Positions 37,421 to 51,703 of a stretch of DNA of 64,000 bases are shown here, piece by piece. The DNA comes from Octopus bimaculoides (lineage: Eukaryota): NCBI RefSeq assembly GCF_001194135.2, contig NC_068987.1:100692088-100756087 (forward strand). The letters are read 5' to 3'. The notes below the pieces were generated by a model. That model was not told the DNA's origin. It saw only the letters and a program-made list of their open reading frames with translations, and did not search any database. A program made the position numbers and the translations under genes. Position 1 is the stretch's first letter, and every line of letters starts with the position of its first letter.

Positions 37421-38399
37421 TATCTTTAATTACTGCATAAGTTTGGAATAAATACCGCTCAATGAGGTGTTCAATTGATAACTGAACCTATGCCGAAGTC
37501 GGCTTTATCTGGTATCATACATAGACTAGTTGGTGGAAGTGTTCAATAAATTCATTATCCTTGAAGACAGAAGAACCCGTCATTTCTGTCACTTACTCTT
37601 CTTAAGAAGGAAGAAGAGAGAGGTGGGCGAACGAAGTACGGCTACTGTAGGTTCCGTCAAATGAATTAACATGACAAAAAAGGGAAAGATTGTTCAGGAA
37701 AAGCAGATAGGGGGGTAGTCTGAATTCTTCAGTGTGGAAATCAAAGAGAGTGAAAGATAGAACGAGGGAAGGAGAGAAGAATGTGATAGCGCTGGAGTAG
37801 ACTGACAACCGGACGAGTAAACAGAGTTCAGTAATCCAGAGATTAAGTACCGGTAGAGTAGCAGATATATAACTTACAACAAAGTAACGTTTGTATAGTA
37901 ACTAATTGCCTAATTTCTACTGAAAACATTGTTGATTAGTTTTTTGCGTTATAAATAATTATAATAATGGAAGTAGATTTAAACTTAAATAGACGCCCCT
38001 GATGAACCAATTTTTGTATGGATAATTTAAATAAGATTATAATGTAAAGTAAGTGATTGATCTCATTCAAACGTTTGAATCTGTGTTGGAGATAAAACCA
38101 TGGATTTTAACATACAAAATATGTTATAACAACAATGATAAACGTAATACCGTACGCAACAGAGAAACGGAGGAGCGGTTTGATATTAAGAGTAAACATA
38201 TTTAAATTCTTTAAAAAATTCTATTCATTATTAGAAAAAACACACACACAAGATGAACATGCTTAACATAACACACACGAGTGTTAAAATCGAAACTCAA
38301 TCTCCAAATTCTTAATGATTCAATTAATCAAGAGACCGATTCAGGCTTACAATATAGTACATATATTATTAGATGTTAAATGCAGAAACAGAGATGTTA

Positions 38400-38570
38400 G
38401 ATATATATGTCAGATACGAAAATTGGCACGGAATTCAGTTCTGGGAAAAAAAAGAGAATTCCAAGATTAAGAGGGGGAAATTAATGAAAACCAGTATAAT
38501 CATGTTAGATGTATAGAGATAAGAGAATTAGACCAAACACAGACGTACAAATACTTAGGAATCGATAAAC
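38400..38570 (+). mobile_element. Decayed R4/Dong-like RT fragment
   Basis: SDTKIGTEFS..., KRGKLMKTSIIMLDV (frameshifted) and IRELDQTQTYKYLGID, comparable to FSDDIGMQIG...YKYLG in fragment C. Confidence 0.55.
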
Positions 38571-39299
38571 TAGGCAGAGGTCAGGATAAATCAGGACTAC
38601 ATAACATCATAGAAAGAATAAAGGGAAACTGATTCTAACAGGAACAAAACACTGGGAATATAAAAATGTTCTCTTTTCAAAGACGTTAGCATACAAAAGG
38701 AGGCAGCGTGAGAGTTGTGAAAGGGGTGGAAGAAAAACGTTAAATATACGATTAAGAAAATTAAAAGTAAATTGAAAATGACATGACAAGATATCATAGT
38801 AAAATGTAGGCAAAGAAAAAAATGACCAATTACTTATTCAACAGATCGTAGTGAATATTGATGAAGAAAAAAGGAACTCGGTACCATCTGAGGAGTGAAG
38901 AAACGAAAGCGAAGAGAGGGAGAGAAAAGAGTCATTGATTTCTTCACAAGACAAAAACTTTCTCACTAAAAAAAAAAAAATAAAGATACAAGAGACCTAC
39001 ACAAAAAGCTGCTCAAAATGCTGCTCGTGCCAAACACATACGTTGTTGTACTTTATTGTATAGCAGTAAAAACACTGAGTGCAAATAAGATTAATGATAT
39101 TAGAAAAGTATTTTTTCTGATATAGGTAAAACATTAAAAATTTATCGACTGTATTCACGGACAAACTGGACTCCTGTACGCCTCTATGACAAACGTAGGA
39201 AGATTGAAAGCAAATTTTTTTCTCCACATGTTTCGAAATTAGGATATAGAGAGATGGAATATATATCACAAATTTGTGTTTCATTCGGGTCGAATTAGG

Positions 39300-40420
39300 T
39301 AGGACTCTGGATACTAAAAGCTGAATGCGTCTTTCCGATGCATCAAGCATTTAGAGAATGGTTTCTTATAGCTATGTTGGTATTAGTGGAGCAGGTTGTG
39401 ATAGTAGTGTATGTGTTGAGAATTGTAGTTCTGGAGGGGTTGCTATTTCTGTAGGTGTGTTTGTGGTTGTTGCAGGCGTGTTTCGTATGTTTATTGATAT
39501 GTGTGATTTGGTGTGCGGCATGATGTTCCATGCTTTCATTTTTTTTCTTAGTTTCTCGGGTTCACCCTCATTTTACTGCGTGAGGAAGAGGCATCACTCT
39601 CTGTGGAATCGGTAAGCGAGTGTATGTATTTATTTGCGTTTAGAAGAGATGGAGAGAAGGAGGAAGAGGGAGAGCTTCTCTGGAAGGGCTCCCGCTGTTG
39701 TGTACCCCTTCTAACTATTCTTTCTACTGTTGAATATGGTGGTGGTGGTGGTGTGTGTGGTTGGGGGCTAATGCATCTGCTGTTGTTGTTACTGGTGTTA
39801 GTGTTCCTCCAGCATTTGCTAATGTTGCTGTTCCTATTGATGATGATGTTGCCGCAGTTGGCGCTGACTTTCCGATTGTTTGTTGGTGGTTCAATTGTTA
39901 CATTTGTGGACTTGGTGTTGGCACTAAAGGAATTCTATAGGTTTTTGTCTAATGTGGTGGGTAAAATGTTTCCATGTAACAAGTTTCCCCCTATAGGTGA
40001 CTTCGCGGCAAGTAGACTTCTATCCTCAACCATAACATGCAGATCTTCCCTACCCGGAAGGTGAATTACGCCTGTGAACTTATGGATCGTGCCTGCTTTT
40101 ATATGGAATAGCATTTCCACACTGATATCACAACGGGTCTACTTCACCTCAACGAAGCTGATACTCCCTTGTAATACCATACACGGTAAAGTCCACCATA
40201 AATTTAACTCACGTGGATTTCCTGAAATTTTCATTCTTACTGTTCTACTTCTTACTACATATGACGGAATGTTTGGCAGTTAGAGTTTTAGTCTTGAAGA
40301 GTATTGAAATGGACACAAACTCCTTGGCTCTTGAGGTCGGTTATTATCTCTTTCAGAGCACATTCCACACCCGTCTGACTAAACATTTCAGCCCGCATTT
40401 TACCTATGGAAACACATTTA
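39300..40420 (-). mobile_element. Probable decayed LINE ORF1 (gag-like) with a low-complexity T/P/Q-rich tail
   Basis: Frameshifted RAKEFVSISILFKTKTLTAKHS, RTVRMKISGNPRE and LPGREDLHVMVEDR recall invertebrate L1/Tx1-type ORF1 motifs that precede the zinc knuckle. GC-richer than the flanks. The assignment is from memory of the family. Confidence 0.45.
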
Positions 40421-41216
40421 TAAATTACGTATTTTTTGTGTGATTATGCGAATACCTCAGAGCAGATGGTTATGTCAGCACACGATTTGTCCAGCCCTAA
40501 TCAATTTGGCCGCTTAGACATGTGTCTTTTTGCAGTAAATTTATCCTGCATAGATCTGTGCCTTTCTCAAATGGTGCTGCGAGTATTTTGTTATTATAGT
40601 TGTTGACGTCCTTATTATTCACAATGTAAACATTGTTGCCGTTTAAGATATCGAGGCTCTAGATTTTTGTTGTTTCGTTTCTTTTTTATGTTGTTTAATT
40701 ATCAATGATTAATTATCAATGATTAATTATTGTTATTCGAGTGATGGTGATAGTGATGGTGGTGGCACTTTTCGCACTTTTATTGCAGTTGCTGTTGGCT
40801 CAAAAATCTGTTTCATATTTGGAATATGATTCCCATACTGAGTTTTCCTTATTGTTACTGTTACTGTTTTGTTTTCATAGTTTGAGTGTGGTTCACTGTA
40901 CGTTGATCGACTTCTATTTCAGAGTAGAAGTCGCAGGGCTCTAACGTCTGTTGCAACTCACTATCAAAGCTATCTCTTACTTCCTTCTCCATGTCTGTTA
41001 GCAGAGTGGACGACGCCATAATCATTTAAAAAATTGTTACCCCCACCACGAATGTTCTTTTCGGAATTAAGCTCTCAAAGGAGCACAAACAAACAGAGTA
41101 ATCTATGCATTGGTGATAGTTTCAACAGAGTTATGGAAGAAAATAATTAATTAAAAATTTTTGTTGACGTAGATTAAAACAATAAATTTATGAGCCTAAA
41201 GAGGGTTTCGTCAGCT

Positions 41217-41218
41217 AG

Positions 41219-41278
<60 letters not shown>

Positions 41279-41441
41279 AATAATACATTACAAGCAGCAG
41301 CAGCAGAAGAAGAAGAAGAAGAAGAAGAAGAAGAAGAGCAAAAGAAGAAGAAGAAGAAGATGATGATGATGATGATGAGGATGATGATGATGATGAATAC
41401 GACGACAACGAAGCTTATGATGATGATGATGATGATGATGT
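41217..41441. repeat. Compound trinucleotide microsatellite (TAA)n-(GCA)n-(GAA)n-(GAT)n-(GAC)n-(GAT)n
   Basis: Directly visible. Confidence 0.93.
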
Positions 41442-42774
41442 ACGCCAGGTGACTTGTACTCGTTAAATTTGCTTCACTCAAAATCTTGAATTCATATTGA
41501 ATAATATCGACGTCCTCGATTTTTGCTGTCCACTCCGCTGCATTGCGATCGTGCATATATGACGGCATGTCTCTTCTCTGTCCTAGTAGTACAATATATA
41601 ATTCCTGTCGAGTATGACAGTTTGTTACTGTTGCTACTGTACAGAATATCTTGATTGGTGAAATCATTCATGCGATAAACACGTTGAATGGAAAATTATT
41701 TTACCGATTACCATGAAATGCGAGAAAGTGTTTGTCTTGACAGATTGTGAATTATCTTCCTAGAAATGGTCACATTTTATGTCACACATACGGGTTGTAG
41801 AGCAGAGAGATACTAATATTAGGATTAGGTATACTGTGCTTTGTGAGGTTACATGCTAGATGTAGTGGTTACATGCGTGTATAATTAAATTTTTCTTGAG
41901 AAATTTGTTTTTATACCGGCAAATTTACATATTATCTCTCTTTCTCTTTTTCTTTCTAACCATGCGTGAAATCTTCGAAGTAAATTGTATTAGAATATGC
42001 TGTTGCGGTTTGAAAAGTTCCCTTTAAATGCATATTGAACAGAATAAACTTAAGTGCTTCACATGGAATGAAGTTAAGACGTATATAGAACTCACAGAAA
42101 ATACATTCAAAATAATTAACCCATAATACACATAATTCAAAATTAATGAAAGATATATTCCCTAAAAACCAAATTATTTAAATCATTTTGGAAATTGATA
42201 ACTGAATTAAAATCATTCGCTTCTGCTGGAGCATCTCAGAACAGATGCCCACCACACCAATAATATTTGATGTAATATTTTTTCAGTTTTGCTTAATTTA
42301 CATGTCTATATTTACCTGCAAAGTAACCAACATATACAATACTGGAGAGGTGTAGGTTCTAGCTGAGCTTCACGTGTTACTTTTTAGGACAATATACCTT
42401 CAATATTTCATGTATAAAATAAACAGAACCACAGGTACTGGTTTTGTTACACGAAGTAGCACGTCAAATTATCTCTGCTTAACGTCGACACCTACTTGTG
42501 AATATTAAGAACATAAGCCGAAGTTGTATTTTAATAGTTTGCTGAAAATATGTTGTTTCGGTTGGACACATTATATTCTCTGTAGAACAAACATATTTTA
42601 GGCATATTCAAATGTTAGATACATTTAACATGATTTCATATGACGAAATGCTTCTGAATAATTTCACGTCCTTTGGCGCACTAAACAAACCATAGAAACG
42701 TTCAATTTAAAATATTTAACAATATATGCAAGCGTGTGGGTGTGTGTAAACAAAAATATTCTTTTTTTTTTTCC

Positions 42775-43388
42775 TTTGCACCCAAAGGCTATGTCCATGT
42801 TAGGGCACTACCAATGTTATTAGATTTTCAATAGGCATTGTCTTGTGATTATTTTTTGGTAAAATAGAGTGTTTGATATTGCTACTCTATTTCATGTAGA
42901 TACATCTTGGACATTTGGGCAGAATGCCGTCAAGTTGTTTCTAGAAAACGTCGGAGGTTACTCCATGTAGATCTCTCAGATATTTTGTCAAAATATTAAA
43001 TAACCGTGGGGCCTTGAATCCCAATCTACAGAAGCGTATGTTCTTCAATCTAGAGGGGATTAGTGGGACATTTGGAACTGCACAGAGGCGTCCAGTTTGA
43101 GAACTGGTACAGATCCGATACTAAAGTTTTGTGCCAAACACCGTAGGAAATACCATATTCATATCACTGCATATCACTCTTGTCTTCGCTCCAGAGATGA
43201 CATTCGTAATACTCTTTCATTCTCTCCCAATAGCTCAGCTGCTCTATTGATGCACTCTTACTTGTATAGCACCGCTGAAGTGCCTCAAGTCCCACTATTA
43301 ATTTCAAACGGTGCGGTGACCAAAGATGAGAGCAGTGGTCCAGAAGTCTGAGGACAAATGTCATCAATAGAACTAGGATAACTTGCTT
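42775..43388 (-). mobile_element. CR1-like LINE 3' end
   Basis: [15 protein letters not shown]...[45 protein letters not shown]...KQLDGIL, and the terminal tail ggtagtgccctaacatggacatagcctttgggtgcaaagg. The 5' end abuts (GATA)n. Confidence 0.85.
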
Positions 43389-43405
43389 GATAGATAGATA
43401 GGTAC

Positions 43406-43470
<65 letters not shown>

Positions 43471-43479
43471 CAGCCAGAC

Positions 43480-43552
<73 letters not shown>
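43389..43552. repeat. (GATA)n microsatellite
   Basis: Directly visible. Confidence 0.95.
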
Positions 43553-45832
43553 TTGGTGAACCTGCGTTTGTCCAATGATCTAAGTAAAACGCACACACAT
43601 AAACACACGCGCCCTTACACATATCGGACACAAAACAAAAGAAACAACGTCATATGTTTAAGAGGAAACCAAAGAACTTCAAACCATTTACAGGAAAAGC
43701 GTAGAAATACAAAGTGAAAAACAAAACAATGAAAGAAGTGTACAGTGAATGAAGAAAACATGTGAATTTGACTCTTCAGGTGTCATGAGGAAGAAAATGA
43801 ATGGTTCTCCAAGATTTCAATCTTTTTTTGCATTTCTTAGTATGATATCATTTATTTCCTCCGATAATGCTTACTTTAATTTCTTCAATCTGCAATAAAT
43901 TTTCGACATTCAAATAGACAATGAGATATATACAAAACTAAAATATCATTTTTAATATATGCTATAAGGCCATAGAATAATAGATCACTGTTAAAGTTTT
44001 GAACTCACACATTTAGTTAATACTCTGTAAAATATATAAGAAAGGTAGCCACAAGATACGTCAAGTATTTAAGCAGTATAAATCACATCCGACGCCCCCT
44101 TTTTTTACACAGTTATTAGAAGACGTTGTTACATAGATGTTTCAAGTAAACAGAAAATTGTAAGAAAAAAAGTTACTGTATCATTTTATCTCGGCTGGGT
44201 ATATATTGCGGATGGGAATATTGGCTTAAACGTTAGAATTAACGAGTAGATGTGTGCATGCTTTGTATATATTCACACACACCTAAACACATGCGCGTAC
44301 ATATATATATATATACATATATATATNNNNNNNNNNNNNNNNNNNNNNNNNNNNNNNNNNNNNNNNNNNNNNNNNNNNNNNNNNNNNNNNNNNNNNNNNN
44401 NNNNNNNNNNNNNNNNNNNNNNNNNNNNNNNNNNNNNNNNNNNNNNNNNNNNNNNNNNNNNNNNNNNNNNNNNNNNNNNNNNNNNNNNNNNNNNNNNNNN
44501 NNNNNNNNNNNNNNNNNNNNNNNNNNNNNNNNNNNNNNNNNNNNNNNNNNNNNNNNNNNNNNNNNNNNNNNNNNNNNNNNNNNNNNNNNNNNNNNNNNNN
44601 NNNNNNNNNNNNNNNNNNNNNNNNNNNNNNNNNNNNNNNNNNNNNNNNNNNNNNNNNNNNNNNNNNNNNNNNNNNNNNNNNNNNNNNNNNNNNNNNNNNN
44701 NNNNNNNNNNNNNNNNNTATATATGTAAGTATATATGTATATATGTATATATGTATGCATGTAGATATGTACATGTATATGTAATGTGTATGTATATGTA
44801 ATCAATTCTCGTGTGTGAGGGTTTACGAGTGCGTGCGCACTAGAGTAATTCTTCATGTGTGTAAGAGACTGTGTCTGCAACAACGTCGCTCCAGTCTCAG
44901 GGGAACTATCAATTTTCATTAATGAAATATGTGTGAGAACAAGTGATATATTTTTTCTGTAATGTAATCAATCTCCATCAACATTCTTTGCTCCAACCAC
45001 TCTCATATGTCAGTTTCCAAGTCAAACATGCAGACTGACATACACATACATACGCCTACAAAAATATATATCTACACACACACGTATATATATATATATA
45101 TATATATATATATNNNNNNNNNNNNNNNNNNNNNNNNNNNNNNNNNNNNNNNNNNNNNNNNNNNNNNNNNNNNNNNNNNNNNNNNNNNNNNNNNNNNNNN
45201 NNNNNNNNNNNNNNNNNNNNNNNNNNNNNNNNNNNNNNNNNNNNNNNNNNNNNNNNNNNNNNNNNNNNNNNNNNNNNNNNNNNNNNNNNNNNNNNNNNNN
45301 NNNNNNNNNNNNNNNNNNNNNNNNNNNNNNNNNNNNNNNNNNNNNNNNNNNNNNNNNNNNNNNNNNNNNNNNNNNNNNNNNNNNNNNNNNNNNNNNNNNN
45401 NNNNNNNNNNNNNNNNNNNNNNNNNNNNNNNNNNNNNNNNNNNNNNNNNNNNNNNNNNNNNNNNNNNNNNNNNNNNNNNNNNNNNNNNNNNNNNNNNNNN
45501 NNNNNNNNNNNNNNNNNNNNNNNNNNNNNNNNNNNNNNNNNNNNNNNNNNNNNNNNNNNNNNNNNNNNNNNNNNNNNNNNNNNNNNNNNNNNNNNNNNNN
45601 NNNNNNNNNNNNNNNNNNNNNNNNNNNNNNNNNNNNNNNNNNNNNNNNNNNNNNNNNNNNNNNNNNNNNNNNNNNNNNNNNNNNNNNNNNNNNNNNNNNN
45701 NNNNNNNNNNNNNNNNNNNNNNNNNNNNNNNNNNNNNNNNNNNNNNNNNNNNNNNNNNNNNNNNNNNNNNNNNNNNNNNNNNNNNNNNNNNNNNNNNNNN
45801 NNNNNNNNNNNNNNNNNNNNNNNNNNNNNNNN

Positions 45833-45875
<43 letters not shown>

Positions 45876-46530
45876 TGTATGTATGTATGCATGTATACAT
45901 ATATATATTTATGTGTATCTACGTGACTATTTATGTATATATGTTTAAAAAGATATATATGAAAATATATATATACATATACGCTAGTAATACAAAACCA
46001 CTATACATTTTTGTGTATATATATTATACATTTTTCTATATACTTAATGTACACACATATACCCAAGCACGTACCCATTGATACAAAACATCACACATCC
46101 ATATATATGTGCTGAGTGTGAGTGTGTGTGGATACATACACGAACACACACACGCACAAACACGTATGTGTGTATGTGTGTGTGTGTGCGTGAGAGTGTG
46201 TAGGCGTGTATGCATGTGCGTGTGTTTTGTATGTCTGTGTGTGTGTGCGTGCGTGTGTGTGTCTGTGTGTGTAACCAGAGGGAAATACAGAAATTCGGAT
46301 GTTTGTGCGAGTGAAATATATAGATACTTTTACTTAGAGACCGATATAAACGTAGATAGACGACTTACATCTATAGAAGCAACCATAATAGTAAATGAAT
46401 AAAAGTTGCTCTACGGTATTAACAGAAACTGATAGTTTCAATCTGAAGTTTTTGAAATGTGCTCAGCAATCCTTGTGTACAGAGAAATTATTTGCATTAG
46501 TTTTCCTAATGTCCCTTATTGTTTTGCTAG

Positions 46531-46592
<62 letters not shown>

Positions 46593-47754
46593 CACATATA
46601 NNNNNNNNNNNNNNNNNNNNNNNNNNNNNNNNNNNNNNNNNNNNNNNNNNNNNNNNNNNNNNNNNNNNNNNNNNNNNNNNNNNNNNNNNNNNNNNNNNNN
46701 NNNNNNNNNNNNNNNNNNNNNNNNNNNNNNNNNNNNNNNNNNNNNNNNNNNNNNNNNNNNNNNNNNNNNNNNNNNNNNNNNNNNNNNNNNNNNNNNNNNN
46801 NNNNNNNNNNNNNNNNNNNNNNNNNNNNNNNNNNNNNNNNNNNNNNNNNNNNNNNNNNNNNNNNNNNNNNNNNNNNNNNNNNNNNNNNNNNNNNNNNNNN
46901 NNNNNNNNNNNNNNNNNNNNNNNNNNNNNNNNNNNNNNNNNNNNNNNNNNNNNNNNNNNNNNNNNNNNNNNNNNNNNNNNNNNNNNNNNNNNNNNNNNNN
47001 NNNNNNNNNNNNNNNNNNNNNNNNNNNNNNNNNNNNNNNNNNNNNNNNNNNNNNNNNNNNNNNNNNNNNNNNNNNNNNNNNNNNNNNNNNNNNNNNNNNN
47101 NNNNNNNNNNNNNNNNNNNNNNNNNNNNNNNNNNNNNNNNNNNNNNNNNNNNNNNNNNNNNNNNNNNNNNNNNNNNNNNNNNNNNNNNNNNNNNNNNNNN
47201 NNNNNNNNNNNNNNNNNNNNNNNNNNNNNNNNNNNNNNNNNNNNNNNNNNNNNNNNNNNNNNNNNNNNNNNNNNNNNNNNNNNNNNNNNNNNNNNNNNNN
47301 NNNNNNNNNNNNNNNNNNNNNNNNNNNNNNNNNNNNNNNNNNNNNNNNNNNNNNNNNNNNNNNNNNNNNNNNNNNNNNNNNNNNNNNNNNNNNNNNNNNN
47401 NNNNNNNNNNNTATATATATATATATATATATATATATTCTAATGCTGTGGTTAAAACTCATGAATGAAATCATATACTCTAACAGGGACCATAATCGTC
47501 CGAAAAATGCCCATAGAGAATTCTCTGTATTTACGTCAGTTTCAGCAATTTCCTGTTGCCTCATCATTTAAAACTGCTAGATAGTTCGACTGTTTCCGGA
47601 CACGCTTCACCATTAGCATTTATGTTCCAGTCATTATTGTATGATCTTGCGATTCGTTAATGTGTATTTACAAAAGTAATATAGACAGCAGCTTGCAATA
47701 TTTCACCACAAAGGTGAATCATAATTATTACTAAATTTGAGTAGGATATAAGGA

Positions 47755-48017
47755 AAAACCTACTTTGCTAGAAATAAGAGCTAACTAAACCTAATGCTGT
47801 AACTAACGCAAATGAATTAGAATATATACACTAACATGGACCATAACCGTCTGAAAAGTGCCGATCGAGAATTACTGGAACTGATGTCAGTATTAAGAAT
47901 TCCCCATCGGAATTTTCGGATAATTCTCGTTTCTGTTAGTGTATATGTTTTCATCCATGCGCGTTAACTACATCATTAGAGCTGTTTAGTTCTTATTTCT
48001 AGCAATGTAGAGGTTTC
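47755..48017. repeat. ~260-bp foldback palindrome, with a partial direct copy of the left arm at 47440-47550
   Basis: The centre is actgatgtcagt (47880-47891). The arms pair throughout, for example gctagaaataaga, tatacactaaca and aaacct. Sequence 47440-47545 repeats 47791-47895. Confidence 0.85.
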
Positions 48018-48417
48018 GTAACACGCTAGTCACATTTAGTGAAAATTATAATTTCTCATTTTTAGTAAAACATTGCAGAGTGCGAGTGTCAGAAATTAAA
48101 AGAACTCTAGACTTGTAGCTAGAAATATATTTTATATTTCATATATGTAATGTAGATTTCATTTATTTCCTGATTATAATTCTTCACAGTGCATTATTTC
48201 GCTGGAAAAATACATTATTATATTGTAATAATATTCATTTTTTTTTATACAAAACCTTTTCACTAATCTCGGTTCTGTTTATGGCTGAGGCTATTGGCCG
48301 AGTATACAGGTATTGATATAGCGGATATTTAAAATGTATTCCTTTCGGTAGACCTATTTCATGCGGAGCAATATTTTACGATATCAAACGTATTCTAAAA
48401 AGTACGAAGCTCGAGTA

Positions 48418-48528
48418 CTAGGTTATCCATTTCTCTGGAGTTTTTCCTAAAGATAGGACTAGCATTAGCTTTATGTTCGCCGCCCGCACATATCTTTGGC
48501 GCTATACATCCAGAGAAACTTTACCTAG
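48418..48528. repeat. Short imperfect inverted repeat
   Basis: ctaggt..tttctctgga..aaagata pairs with tatcttt..tccagagaaa..acctag. Confidence 0.55.
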
Positions 48529-48889
48529 CGTCAAATGGCTATCGACTGCTATTTACAGCGAAAATTGGATCTTTGTTATATCACTATTTCCTGTTTTTAT
48601 ATATGTATGTAGAGAAATTTGAAAAGACAACACGAAACCGGTTATATACCAAAACAATTTTATAACATTTTTCTGACATAATTTAAATATATACTTTAAC
48701 CATGTAACACAAGCCTTCTGTAGTTTTTTCACTCTTATTATCTTATATATATATATATATATATATNNNNNNNNNNNNNNNNNNNNNNNNNNNNNNNNNN
48801 NNNNNNNNNNNNNNNNNNNNNNNNNTATATATATACGCGTGCATTCATATATACATATGCATGTACATATATAAGTATGGTGGCAAATG

Positions 48890-49335
48890 GCCGGATAGAT
48901 TCTGAGAACTTCAGAACAAGCGAAGAGGAAACTATGCTGGTTCTATGACGGTCACCAAAACTTCGGTATCGAGAACTAAAGTAATTCCCGAACTGTATGT
49001 TGTTGCACTGATCCAAAAGTCCCATCTATTCCGTCTAGAGTGAGCAGGTGTATTGTAATAGCTTGAGATTCATAGACCAACAGTTATTTAACGCCTTACC
49101 AAAACATCTGAAAGATCTTCTTGGAGTAGGGTTTAGATATTGTCAAGAATAAAATTGACCTCCTGCTATCCAAGGTTCCAGTTGAACCAATACCAAGGCA
49201 GGAGACTCTAAAGCGAAGTCCCTCGCTCAACAAAATCCGACTACATAAGAATGGCCATTGAAAAGGTGATTACACTGGTGGTGCTCCAGTATTGCCACAG
49301 CCCTAGGGCTGAAAAGTATGAAAGTAATAAAACAA
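48890..49335 (+). mobile_element. CR1-like LINE 3' end
   Basis: Remnants of SLRFxxQQLFNALPKHLKDL...NKIDLLLSKVPVEP, then the tail ggtggtgctccagtattgccacagccctagggctgaaaagta (49277-49318). Confidence 0.8.
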
Positions 49336-50417
49336 TAAATGAAATATATATTTTATATATGAAATATACAAAATATTTCTTGCCGCAAGTTCTTTTAATT
49401 TCTGATACTCGCATTTGTTTATGAAAATTACAGTTTTTTTACACACGCACACACAAACATATATGAATATAGACACACGCATATATACATGTATATATGC
49501 ATACATCTATACATAAATATATATATGGATATAATTATTTATGTGTGTATGTGTGTGTATCTCTAAGTGCGTGTATAGGAGTAAGTTTACATCTACGACC
49601 ATCAAATTATGTGCACAACACCGTTTAGGAAATAATCTATTATTCACTCTGTAAAATAAATCCAGAATCGCATACATATTTCGCTGTGTATGTTGCCAAA
49701 ATTCTGTTCAGTCTACAAAATATCTCACGGTAAGCCAGATTCTATGCATATGTGAATGGCAGAATTGCAGCTATTGTGCAGGACGTGATACATAAGATAT
49801 TTCCTTCCATTGCGAAATGATTTTGTTATAAAACAAGGGAAACCACGGAGATTTTATGGTTTTGTCGCATATACCATTTCTAGGACTTAATGCGTCATGA
49901 AGGATAACATGAAAATCACATGAGCATCCATAAAAATCTAAGCAGAAGAGGTCTCATTCTCCTGTCAAACTATATTGCAACAGACTTCATTGGCTTGCAG
50001 CTGACTTTTCTAAAAGAGACAACTGCATGTACACACACACACACACAGACACACACACACACATGCACACACACACACACACACACGCACAGACACAAAC
50101 ACACACACAGTCACACACACACAAACGAACGCATGTGCATAGAAGGATACACATCATAGAACAGATGAAATAAGCAGAGCAACAGAACATACGAAGACGG
50201 AAAGTGTCGCTTAGGAGGGCATAGATACGTGACGAAAGACTTCTGAACAATGGACATGAGTTAGAATAAAAACAATAATAAACAAGTGAAGAACCACTAT
50301 ATAGTCTGCGCGTTTATTTGGCCCAAAAGAAAATGACCGGCCCGGAATATAACAATATATGTTTCAACACACGACTTCAGATCAGAAATCTTGAAGCTCA
50401 AATTCATAAACATTTAT

Positions 50418-50463
<46 letters not shown>

Positions 50464-50498
50464 ATGCATGTATATATGTATCTCTCTCTCTCTCGCTC

Positions 50499-50531
<33 letters not shown>

Positions 50532-50688
50532 TTATATATATATATATCTNNNNNNNNNNNNNNNNNNNNNNNNNNNNNNNNNNNNNNNNNNNNNNNNNNN
50601 NNNNNNNNNNNNNNNNNNNNNNNNNNNNNNNNNNNNNNNNNNNNNNNNNNNNNNNNNNNNNNNNNNNNNNNNNNNNNNNNNNNNNNNN

Positions 50689-50720
<32 letters not shown>

Positions 50721-50864
50721 ATATAATATAATATAATATAATATAATATAATATAATAGCGGGTATACAAAGTTCATGCTTGCTAGATATAAGTGTTAAA
50801 AACATCGGATAAGCAACCAATCAAATATAAAAAGCTTAACGGACCAGCAGAAATCGGGCAAACG

Positions 50865-51667
50865 AGCAACAATCTAGGCTAAAAGCTGTAAAATAAAGTA
50901 ATTGATATACCTAACATGAATAATTTTACAATACCTAATATTAAAAATCCCTGTTGCCTCTCTGAATCCGTTACGTGTTCTATAGTTGCGCACCAAATTC
51001 AAAACAAGAGAGGTCAATGGAATTTTTCATATTAGGTATTGTAATACCTGCTGAAGAGAATTACGGTTTAGCACAGAATTCGAAGTCATGATCCGGGTAT
51101 ATCAATCAGTTTATTTTACTTCATTAAGCTGAATTTTAAAACTTTTTGCTCGGTAGCCAGATTTGTTTTAGTTTATTATATTTTTCAATGTGATTGGTGG
51201 CTTATTTGAGGTTTTTAACTCTTATATCTAGCAAGCTGGTACTTCGTGTACCCCTCTATATTAATTATAATGTTTATTGTGTAGCATTTTAATGTTATTA
51301 GTGCTTGCTGGCAACTAATGCTATTGTATTCTTATTATCATTTATTTATATTTATTGCTGAGAGTAATAATAATATCTAAATGAATATTCATTTGAATAT
51401 TTTCTCATTTTTATGCATATATTATGCACGGAACTGTTTTGACTTTAGCACGAATCTATTCAACGCGTAACGTATTCAGAGAGGCAAGTGGGATTTTTTC
51501 ATGTTAGTCATTGTAATATTAGGTATTGTTCGTTAGCCCTATTTCTGCTGTTCTGTTATGTTTTACAGTGATTATTTTTTTATTGTATACCATTTTAACA
51601 CTATTATTGCTTGCTGGGAACTAATGTTATTGTGGTTTTTGTTATCAATTATTTATATTTACTGCTG

Positions 51668-51703
<36 letters not shown>

